From positions 186,200,118-186,250,000 of the forward strand of contig CM097885.1 in NCBI GenBank assembly GCA_044892525.1: a stretch of 49,883 bases of DNA. Reading direction: 5' to 3'. This document shows positions 28,001-40,000 of the stretch, one piece after another; the first letter of the stretch is position 1; each line of letters opens with the position of its first letter. Both the position numbers and the translations under genes were made by a program. The notes beneath the pieces were generated by a model, which did not search any database, was not told the origin of the DNA, and saw nothing but the letters and a program-made list of their open reading frames with translations. The stretch is from Schmidtea polychroa (lineage: Eukaryota).

Positions 28001-31000
28001 CTCTCTTTTTAATAAATTTAATGGAAAAAATAATCAGTGGTGAAATTGGAAAAAATGTTCTTATAATTTTCTTTATTGTAAATATTTGTTTCTCTCTATA
28101 CTTTGAGCTTTTAATACTAAGACTGTCACCGAATTATTCTAACTTTTTGCAATGTCATTGTCGCTATTGAAGTTTTGAATGTTGAAAATATTTTTTGGAT
28201 TTTTTCAATGTTTATTCATTACTAGTTATAAATGGTTTCTAGACTGTGAAGTAGAAGTTAGAATTTAGGTTAATGACTTTAGATACCCGAAAAAGTTAAC
28301 TATTGGAAGTTACCCCTTTTGAAGACATGGTCTTTTCAATTAAAATAAGATTTCTAGTATTTATTAATATTAGCTGCCATTAAAATATTTTCTTTGAATA
28401 ATGCCATACAGTTACAAATCAAAGTAGCTAGAATATTTTCATTCTTGCTCAGGGAATAAGACAAAATAATTTAAAATATTTTCTTAAATCATTAAGGCAA
28501 TTCATTTTAATCAAAATAGGTCAATAGCGTTTCTATAGTTACTATTAATGCAAATTTTGGGAAGAAAATAAATATTGTATTGGTTTTGTGCTTTCATACT
28601 ATATTCATTCGATATATAGTGATGTTCTTGTTAATGGTTAGACCTACAGTTCAAACGTGATTAATAGCTGAATCTTGATAAAACGTTTACATCTTTTTTC
28701 TTCATATCATTAACAAGATCAAACCGAGGGTGTTGGCTATTCATTTCTAGAATAGACTGATATTGAATCAACCTTTATGAGTTATTTCTTGTAGTAATAG
28801 TATTTAGATTTTTGGTATAAATAATAAACAGTTAAGTATTTATAATGATGGAATATTTAAAAAAAATAGAATAATATAGCTAAAAATTTCGATTGACAGT
28901 TTAATTTATACTTCCTGATTTCAACTATTTATAGATTCAATAAAAAGTTAATGAAATATGAAACGTGAATACGTGAAAATAAATCCTAGAACTCTTCTGA
29001 AAGATTTTGGTATTAATAATAAATAATGAAAGATATTAGCATCAAACAGTCAATCACAGTTATTATTTTGTTAAATCCAGATATACGATTTATACTGAAA
29101 CCAAAGAAAACCTAAAAAGCACAAAATATTTTTTGACCAAACTAAAATTTTTAATTTTTTTTATTTCCAAGAAATAATAGTGTGGATTTATTTCCATGAA
29201 ATTCCAGGAAAATTAATGGAATATTATAAAATAAATGTGTAAAACTTTGATATACTTTTCTCTTTATTTCTTGACTCAGGTGTCAAATCAGCTTTATGCT
29301 GGTGTAATTTCCAAACACATTTTGTGAAAATCAACCTAAAACATAATATTACGTTTCACACACGTTAAATGTATATTTAAATTTTGATTTCTAGTTTTCT
29401 ATAGTTAATAAAGCTTTGGTATAGAAAAATTAACGAATAAAACATTATTCTTGGATTTTTTTCATGTTTTTTTCAAAATTTTCATTTTTTATATTAAATT
29501 TATTATTAAGGACGATATTGACAACTGTCAGTTGCGTATCAAATATTCTTCAGACAATGATCAAAATAGCTTTATTGTTCAACTTAATAAAATGAAGGCA
29601 ATCATGATTTTTGATTGGGTTCAAATCACAAAAAATTGGATATTTACAGCTCCTTATGGAATCGTTTCTTTGGCTACTGACGATGAAAATCGCTTTGATC
29701 AACATGTGGCTTTCTATATTCAGTCTAAACCACAATCTCGTTCTATTTCTTTCCAACCAGTCATTATGAGGAAACATTACCAGGAAATTATTCAAGAAGA
29801 GTTCAAACCTACGGAGCTCACATTGAATGTTCAAGAATCTCGATTTTTCATATTAGAAAACTCTAGTCAATTGCATACTCATGCTTTAATATTAATAGTT
29901 GCCGGTACCTGTTCCTATAAAACAAGAGAAAATAGACCCGGTCCATTTTCTTTCAGTGTTTCTCAATTCCACCTAGCGTCCTGTGTCATGTCGTCAGATT
30001 CATCGAATCTCTTATCGATTATTAATCCAGTAAAGATCGTCATTAAAAGCGAAGAGAAAATATGCGTTATTCATGGAAAGCCAAGTCTAGATGATGTGTT
30101 ACATGACAAAGATAGCACAAAATTGGGAGTCGATATCGCCGTGTCGGCATTCAAAATTCGTCTCTCATTCAGTGATATTCAATTATTGGGGAAAATTATC
30201 CGATCATTCCAAAATCAAACTGTCCCCCCTGCAAATTTGGCTTTTCAAACAGGATATTTAAGGCACCGCTGGAGCTCTTTAAATTTTGATAGTAAGTTTT
30301 TTCAAATATTTTCCCAATATATATACATTACAACAATGTTTGACCATTTGATTATAAAAAAATATTCATTGAGGAAATCAATATTTTTTCTGCCTTAATA
30401 AATAAATGCTCCTTTATCCGAATTCCTATTGAACCTTTTCTCCTCTGAGCATAGAAATAGTAGAAAACAAATTTGTTATTGTTGCTGTTATGTATTAATA
30501 TATTGATTATAACTCTGTTGTATCCAACAGCTGTGAAAACTAATTTTAGAATGCTAATGCCAATATTTCTATATGGAAATTATTTTACCTAAATTTATAA
30601 TTAAAAGCTCATTTCAAAAACTTTAGAATATTTGTATTCTCGAAAATTATTTAAACGGTTCCTATTTTTGATTTCTAATTAGTCTGAGTGCGTAAATTTA
30701 ATTACTGTCATAAAATAAAAATTTCATTATTAAAGCAATGTATTATTTTTTTATAAAACTATATTTAAAATTTTGATATCGTCTCTGTTATATTAAAAAA
30801 TAGCTGTTTGATGAGCGATATTTTATTTTTGCAAAGGAATCATTCAATCGCTTTCGTTTTAAAGTTTTTACTTTAATGTTTTCTCACAAATGTGAGTTGT
30901 GTAAAATGAGAAATTAAAAAGAAGTTTAAAAGATATTGAAATTTACGAAAAAAGAAATTGCAATGTATAAAATACAATAAGTAAGGATGGAAATAAATAA

Positions 31001-34000
31001 TCATTGATAAGTAAATATAAAATAATGATGAAATAAATTAATTGAAATGGTCATATATTATTGTATTTACAAATAACCATTCTTAATTCGTGATAAAAAG
31101 TAATAAAAATGATAGTAAATCAAAGGTTATTTATTATTTTTTTATTTCTTTGGAAGAACTGATAAGTATCAATTACCTATAGACACAGATGAAGAAAAGA
31201 TGGAGGAGTCAGAAAAAATCAAAGTAAAAATATAAGTAATTAAAGAGGGAAAATAATTAATTAATTTTAAATGAACATTAATTCAATATTGAGATAAAAA
31301 TAAGTTTAGTCAAAAAGTTAGATTTGGAGAAATCAAGTCATCTTATAAAAAATATAAACAATTCTGGAATGAAATTTTATGAAAAAAAACTTAGAAATAT
31401 AGGTAATTATTTCTCAAATCTAATTCTAACTGTTCTTAAATACTCATCACATGCATTTTTGTGATCATTCTATATCATTCTAACTGATAAATAACCTTTT
31501 CAAAAATTATTAAATTTATGTTTTTTCTGCTAAATTATTTTCAAATCTACTTTATATAAGCCAACTGAAGCCTGGAAGGTTAATTTTAAATTTTTCAATA
31601 TACTGTAAAATTCTTAAATTATTAACATGCACTATTTATTTCGAGTTTTTCTCTAAATATCCCAAAACCACAAATTTAAGTATTTTATCACTTTTTTTAT
31701 CGTCAGCGCATATTCGTTTCATGCAGTAATGTAAGTTTCGCGTATGTTAAAATTATTCCAATGTGATATCCATCAGAGGATAACTGCTCAAAAATCTAAA
31801 AACTTTATTTGAAAACTAAAAACTTTTCATGTGTGAAACTCCAGCATGTATTTATCGAATCACCATTAACCACAAATTTGGAAACTCCCTATTAGAAGAT
31901 GCATTCAATTTGTTCTTTTTAAGTCGTTCAATAGACATTAGTAAATCAGTTTTTTTCAGTAAAGACTATGTTTAATTTGGATGTTTCGTTTCAATTGCTC
32001 ATGTAAAATATATTGAAACTGTTTTAATAGGTTTTGGAATTTGAATCTAAAAATTGAAAACCTGTGCTATATTGTTTTATTCGTTTTGTTTAGCTAATAA
32101 CTCAAATCTTGATATCCTGTGATTTCAGTTATATATGTCATTTTTTCGTCAATCAGCAATAAATAAAAATTTATTATTTTTAGATCTCAACATTGCAAAA
32201 TCATCACAGTCCAATCTTACTGCACTTCAGAAATTGTCTAAATTCGTAGATCGAATATCTATTCACCATTTGGAAGATCATGAATTTGTTTCGGTTTGTC
32301 TGATTGATGATTGTATTGACGCTGATGTACCATTGTTCGATATTAAATTTAACAATGTCACTGTTGATATAGAATTAGGCAATTCAAAGGGCTTAGTGAA
32401 GGCATTTTTATCAGTAGATTATTACAACACAAATTCTTTTGGGTGGACTCCTGTAATTGAGCCGTGGCCATTAACAATATGTTGGTTTTGGTTGACTACT
32501 AAAAAACTCTCTTTGACATCAGAAGTCACTCTAAATGCTGATATTAGCAGTCATCTTCTTCAAATTGCAAAAAATACTCACAAGAAATGGTCAACTGAAT
32601 TTCAAGAGAAAAAAGCAGCGTTTTGTGATTGTCGGATACGGCATAATAATTTATTTGTTCCATTTCTGATTGTCAATGAACTTGGTTGTCCAATTGAATA
32701 TCGAAAATTAAGTCTTGAAAATCCTCCTATGTATAATGAAATATGGAAGACTAATAAATGTGGAGATGAAAATAAATGGATTTTAGTACCCGATTCTACT
32801 CCAGCATCTCTGTTTTTCGATATGGAAACAACGGCTAGAGATAAAATTCGCTATGATAAGTTGGGTTCACACTTCAACACGAGTCATCGCATTGAACTTA
32901 AGATTGAGGGATGGAGCAAATGCCAACCAGTTACTGTTGACAAGTTGGGAATTTTCTATCGACACTTACAAAGTGATACAGATGGTGGATTGGATTTAGT
33001 CAGCACATATATTAGAATTGTTATAGAAATTGTTCGACAGGGTTCTGTTCAAAACAAAATTATCATTCGATCTCCACTGCAGCTATGTAACTCTCTTAAT
33101 ATACCATTAGAAGTAAAGTTTAGTGAGAAATCCACTTCGTTTACCACGAACATTGTATTAAAACCAAATACAGTGATACCGATTCCTCTACTTTATCAAA
33201 CTCACGATATTCGAATCAGACCTCTATCTCCTTCTCATGATAAACCAGTTTCCCCTTCTGCCATCGACTGTCTTTTTTATTCCCCAATAGAACTCAGTGA
33301 AAATATCTTCAGCTGGTGCACAGTTAATGCACCCGGTCAGAAAATTGAAACTGAAGTTTTCTGTGTCACTTCAAAATCTAATTTTAGTGAGTTTTATTGA
33401 TTATTCAATTTTTTTTTAATATTTTTCTTTATTGGATGAGAATTCATTAATATTTGTTTTATCATTATTTAATAATTAATAATTAAGATTTATGTTCTAT
33501 AAAAATATTTATGATTCTTCTAAATTTCCATCAATGTTGCAAGGGAAAATTAATAATTTATTAATGATTTTATTCAAAATAATTCAATTCAAAACGAATC
33601 AACAAAAAAGATTTTAAAGTTTATAAAGCTTCTATAAATAGTTCATATTTTTTAATAAATAATATCATAAAATATTTATTCATAAAAAACATTTTCAATT
33701 TAAAAATTACATCCCTAACTGTTTTCTTATCTTCACTTTATAATCCTTAAAACAGTGTTAAACACATTGTTTCAATTGAATGTTGTAAATTGAAATTCGT
33801 TTGAAGTCAATTAGTTAGAATTATCATTTGAGTGTAATTGAGACGCCATATAGTTTTAGATAAATATTTGTACTTTCTACTTCTTATCTTTTTTGGTTTA
33901 TTTTTTATTGTTAATCGAAAATTTTCAAAACATATTTCATGTTACATCTGGTGCATTTAATTCATTCATTACTACTTAAACTTTAATAATTTTTTTATTT

Positions 34001-37000
34001 ATATTAAAAATACATTTTCATATTTATCGTTTACAAAAAGCATATAATTGACAAAAGAATGACTAGTGACGTATTCAACATGTTGCGCACATTGTAGTAT
34101 TTGTAATAGTTTTGTATTCATGGCGAAGTATTCTATTTTATGTCGAATAAAAGTATTTTATTGTCATGGTAGCATGTATTTAGAGTTTATTTTCTCAAAA
34201 ACACAAGACTTATTATTTCATTCATTTCTGCCATATATCATTACGGAGAAAAATTAATTTTTCATGGTTCAATTTCTTGAGGGCTTTTTGGATTGGAATT
34301 TTTGAAAGATAAAGCTAACTGCATTGTATGAATTGAAGATTCTGTTGGGAAATGCTAATCATCTTAAAATATACAATTGTTTGTTTAGTACAAATTTAAA
34401 TGTTTTTTATTTATATTAAATTGTGTCGGTTGGCGGATTGATTTAATTATCAAATAAAGACTTCATGATCAGTGTATTTTTATTTATTTGCCCGTTGTGT
34501 AGAAAATATGTGCTAAACTTTTTTCGTGCAAAAAGATCTGCAGGCAAAAATGAAATATATAAATCGTTTACATTTTTCTACTCCGATTTTTATTAGCTTT
34601 TCAACCAAAGTGCCGTTTAATATTTTACTGTTCGGGTTTGCTGAAGGGTTTGAATAAAAATTAAATATTCATAGTATTTATTCAAAATTAAGGTTTTTCA
34701 TGTCCCCTTATAGTTATTACTCTTTTATAAACAACCGATCAATATTTTATTTTATATTTAAAGCGAATTTTAGGTACTGTTTTTTTAAGTGTTAATAAAG
34801 GCAGCGCTAACGATTTATGTTAAATATAAAGCAAAGTATTGATTGGTAGTTTATAAAAAAAGAAATGAAGATCAAGAACAATTTTCATTCAAAGCTTATT
34901 GCCCATTCTGTTGGTTTTATTATAATTGTATTGGGAAAATTATAAGTATTCTAAAATATTTAAATTCATTCAGAATATCAACTCTATGAACAATAGTAAT
35001 TTCTTTTTATTATTGACCTGGTTAATTAAGATTTTTGAATTAATATTATGAATAAGAATAAATAAAATAATAATTAACAATTATTAAAAAATCGAAAATT
35101 ATATAAGAATTCTTAAATTTTATAAAAAATCAAAAAAACAAATATATAACATATGAAACTATTATTAAATTATATAAATATTCACAATCATCGAAAGCTA
35201 TTCGTATTTAAGATCATTGTATCCTACGTCTAATTAATTATTTACTCCTTAATTGCATAGTGTCATTCGCATTAGACATACTTCTATCTTGATTTCTTTC
35301 GACGAAATCTTTGTCCTGTTAATGAGTTGTTGTAAGTTTGTAACATATTGTAATAGAGATTGGTTGTAACCCTGACAGGGAAATTGTTCCTTGTACAATC
35401 TAATAAACACTGAATGTATCTTCCCTTTCATGTCATTAATATATTATAAACATAGATTATGTGGTAGTNNNNNNNNNNNNNNNNNNNNNNNNNNNNNNNN
35501 NNNNNNNNNNNNNNNNNNNNNNNNNNNNNNNNNNNNNNNNNNNNNNNNNNNNNNNNNNNNNNNNNNNNNNNNNNNNNNNNNNNNNNNNNNNNNNNNNNNN
35601 NNNNNNGTGAAAAGTTGTTTCTTTTTACAATTTGTTATTAATGTGGGAATAGGAATAAACAGTTTGCAGTAATAATTATTCACTCGTAATTAATTCCAAA
35701 ATTCACTATAAAATATTAATCGCGGTGAGCGGGGTCGCTCCATTATTTTACTTCATGACAATTGTGATCAATGGGTTCTAAATAAGTCGAAAACCCTCGA
35801 TAAACGGATAATTGTAAAAAATGTCACATGCATGTAATACTTTTAATCAAATTGACATAATTTATCTATAAATCTTTTTCAAGTCATCTCAGATAATTTT
35901 ACTTCATTTTTATTTTTAATTAGTAACTTTTAATTTTTAAACGATTTTGTCTAATAAATAGTTTGGTATTCAACATTTTTATATAATGTTTTATTATTCA
36001 GATGCCGGTCAAGAAAAAAATAAAATTTATTTGATATGTACAATTGAACGATTGAATTTTCCATTGGCCCCGAAAATGGTACCTGGTCATTTAATAACAA
36101 TAAGTGCTCCCTTCTCTCTTGAGAACAGATTACCGTGTGATGTTAGATTTGCTATGAAATCACACATCGCCCACAATGGCTCAGCAATTACAAATGAAGC
36201 ACTTGTGAGACCATCAGGTCAATGCACTGTATTAACTACCAGTATGAAACAATCGACTTACTTTTCGGTCTATCTGGATTCATTTCCTCGTTGTGATCCA
36301 TTACTAATTCACGGAGAGGTCAAACTAAGTCACTCTGTTTTAATTCGATTATATGATGATCAAAATCGACTCTTGGAATTAGAGGTTTTGAACTTGTTTA
36401 TTATTTGTTGATTTCAATATTTCATATGAATTTTTTAATATATTCCATACGAGACGGACATTATTTTTTAATGAAATTCTATTAATTATTGCGAAAAAAT
36501 CAGAGATTATTTTGTATAGTGATGATAATTTCAACAATATTTTCTAATTGTAATGAGAAATCAAAGTAATTAACATATTACAAAATTAATTAAATGTTTA
36601 TTAATTAAAATACCGAAAACATACTAATTGGTTTATATTTGAAGTCTAATTTTTCAATTTTAATTCAGATTTAATAATTTGTATTCGTCTACTTCCTTAA
36701 AGATCTCCCCCTATTAACAAATAGTATTTGCAAAGGAATTCGTCACATATCAAACAGTAATTAAACCTACAATACTGACCATAAATTTGAATAATTTCTC
36801 AATTTGTTATAATAAAGCTGGTAAATGTAATTATTCCTTTGGGAGATATCTGCTATCTTGAGTTTTTATCAATTTTACTATTAAAACAGATTCTTTGAAA
36901 AAAACTGTTAAATTAGAAATTAGAAAACTCAAATTTGAATAAATTAGAAAATTTTCGATTTTTTTTATAAAATTTATTATTCTCATTTTACTGCATTTAA

Positions 37001-40000
37001 TTAATTTATTTGATTTCGTTTCTATGAATTAGTGCATAATTTAAAATGTCCGTTGCAATATGGGAAATTCTTTTTCTTTTATCGTCACTCAGCATTAAAA
37101 GTTGTGAATTACTGGGTCCAATCTTCTAAAACTGTTCCATGTATGAAACAAATAAATTGTTGATATATCTTACTGGGAAATATCTGTATAAGTTAATGAA
37201 TAATCAATAGTTCTCATTGAAATGCACAATTATTTACGGATCCGGTTTGTTGTATTTGACACGCTTTAAAGATGAAATGTAAATCAATTAAATTGCTGTT
37301 TTTTCTTGAATGTAACAAATTTTTAGCAAGATTTAAACTATTAAATTTAGATTTGTTTGTCTAGTGCAGTGTTTCCCAAACTTTTAGTACTGCGTACCAC
37401 CTTGATCATTTTCATTATAAAGAGATTAAAATATTACATAACTGGATAGTTTGATTTTTCTATCCGTTCAATTGTGGGTCTGTTGATCCTTTAATATAAT
37501 ATTTGTAAGTTATCAATATTTGATTTTGTAAATTTCGATTAAATAAACCGACTATAAATCTCATTATTCCTATAATTTGTTAATTGTGGCCCACTAGACC
37601 AGTGTTTCCGAAATCGGGGTACGCCAGCCTTTTCAATCTTCTATTATCTAAATATTAAAAGATAAATAAAAAAATTTAATTAGATTAAAATGTCTTATTA
37701 AAATTTTATTAATACAGAAAAATATAAATATAATCTTGTTTTATGATGAATTATTATCTCAGCATAAGCAATTTCATCCTTCTCATTAATTACAATAAAT
37801 TAAATATAGTATTTTTTATTTTACAATATTTCAAAGATATTATAAAAAATAAATCATTAAATAAATGTGAAACTGGCCGTTCGTGCATTTTCAAGCTGTC
37901 GTGAATATTTTTCCAATCCCATAAACCAGATTTGGCTAGATTTGACCTACCTGATAGATCAAAAAGTTTGCAAAAAACAAAATACAGAATTTTTGGATTC
38001 TGAATAGTGCAACCATTTTCTTAGGAATTTTTCACCATTACTTATTTGACGATAAAAAAGCGAATTGGAAAAGCTTCGATTATTTTCATCTCTTGGATAA
38101 ATATGTTGTTGATTACACCTTTCTTCGTTTCCATATAAGTCAGTTACAACTATATGGTCAATTTCCGTATGTTTTAAATTTTGTGGCCATAGCCCAATAT
38201 CATTATAATTTAAAATATTTTCAAATACAGAATGAGTTGAATCACTAGGAACAATTATTTCAGTTCCGTGAGAAGACATTAAATTATTCTCATTGATAAT
38301 ATTACAATTTTCAGCTTCTGATGACACATTACCTATATCGTCCTCTGAGTTTGAAGATGTTGACTCGAAATGTTGATTATCATCGGCTACTGATTTACTG
38401 GAATTAAAATATTTCAATATTTTATCGTGCTTATCAGCTTGTTGTTGTCTATTTATTTTTCGTTTCCGATATTCATACCCACTCAATTTTTTTTGGTGGC
38501 ATCTTAGCTATGGCATAAATTTATATAAATATATTATATATTTTCCAATATATTTTTAAAAAATGATCTTAATCTTACCTTACCTCTTATATATTTATAT
38601 TTTTAAAACAGAATAGGAATACAAATTTAATTTGAACAAACTGCAACAACACATTAGTTACACACTTGAAACAAAAAAATTGTTAAAAAAAAACTGGTAG
38701 CTATAGCTGTTAATTTAACTCGCACATCAGTTTTTGTAATACATACATATAATTTTTTTTTATTTCAATTTTCAATACATATCAGAATTTCTCAGAATTG
38801 GAAATTCGTATATTTTGCATGTACTTTTTTTTTGTTTTTTCTTATTTTCAATTTTTTTTAAAACGGTTGGTTTCATAGATAAATTTCAAAATATAAAGTT
38901 TTGGAGGCTTATTTTATAATTTACTTTGATTGTTTATAATAAATTTTGGCGCCCTAGGCTATGGCCTAGGTCGCCGGGCCTGGTACGCAGTACTAAAAGT
39001 TTGTGAAAAACTGCACTAGACAAACAAATCTAAATTTAATAGTTTAAATCTTGCTAAAAATTTGTTTTCGTGTGTCCAGTTTATTAGCAGTGTCTTAGTG
39101 AGGATATTTTGTGCTCGGAAGGAACTATATAGTTTTTTATTTATTTCATTTTTAAATGCATCAAATAGCAATGAAAATTTTGGGCCATCATTTAAAATTG
39201 TCATAGTCAATTTTGAGCTATTTTAAGTAACGCAAAAATTATCATTCTGTTCGATATTTTGTTTAACAGAAAATTCTTATTGAAAATTAGTAATAGGTTG
39301 TATTAATAATATTAATTAGTATTAATAGGTTGCAAAGAATGCAGATATTCTTTCCTGGAATCAATTCATGATTTTTTAATAAAATAACTTCATATTCTGA
39401 CTAGCACAGTGAATAAATCTTGTATAAATGGATTTATAATTTATACATGACGACTTTAAATTTTAAATAAGTGTCCTAATAGTATGTTCAGAAATTGATT
39501 TGTAATGAGGATATGTCTTTGTGGGGAAATAATTTGCATCAAAAAATATTTATGTTTAATCTAACTTTGAAGCCTTTTTTAAATATCTACATATGCCTCA
39601 TTTAACTACGTCTCTGTTTATTATTGTCTATTTGTCGAGTTAAAATTACTGTCGTGGACCTCTTATATGGATATATTTTACAATATTTCTAACGTGTTAA
39701 TCATAATTTCATATCACAGACAACTAAGTCGTTGAACATTTATTTCAAAATAGGAAATAAATATTAATTAGTGTCGTACTCAAGAATATATTTTCAAATT
39801 TTTTAGGTAAAAGTTGAATCTCGGCCATCTGGCCCGGTATCGGTGGTAATTTCTGCACTGTATTGGATTGTAAATCGCACTTCGTTGCCACTTGTTTATG
39901 CCCAATCGGGAGAGACAGAGTCTTTAGCAGCTGGTCATGTTCCTGAAAATGAAGAAGCATGTTCTTCAATGCCTTTCCCATTCAATTTTTCAAATAAAAA

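Noticed and set aside
31183-31225. Candidate small exon TDEEKMEESEKIK in the intron where a UBA exon might lie
   Set aside because: It ends in phase 0, which is incompatible with exon M, and is not UBA-like.
31707-31730. 24-nt candidate poison microexon (cag|...|gtaagt) with an in-frame TAA
   Set aside because: Such splice-like pairs are expected by chance in AT-rich introns; there is no transcript or conservation evidence.
32094-32135. Alternative acceptors at 32093 and 32128 for exon M
   Set aside because: After the phase-1 donor at 30292, both lead to in-frame stops.
35249-35683. ORFs next to or spanning the N gap; faint integrase-like wording
   Set aside because: Gap artefacts with no convincing motif.
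35727-35740. GAGCG-GGGT-CGCTC hairpin resembling a Helitron 3' stem-loop
   Set aside because: No CTRR terminus at the expected distance on either strand.
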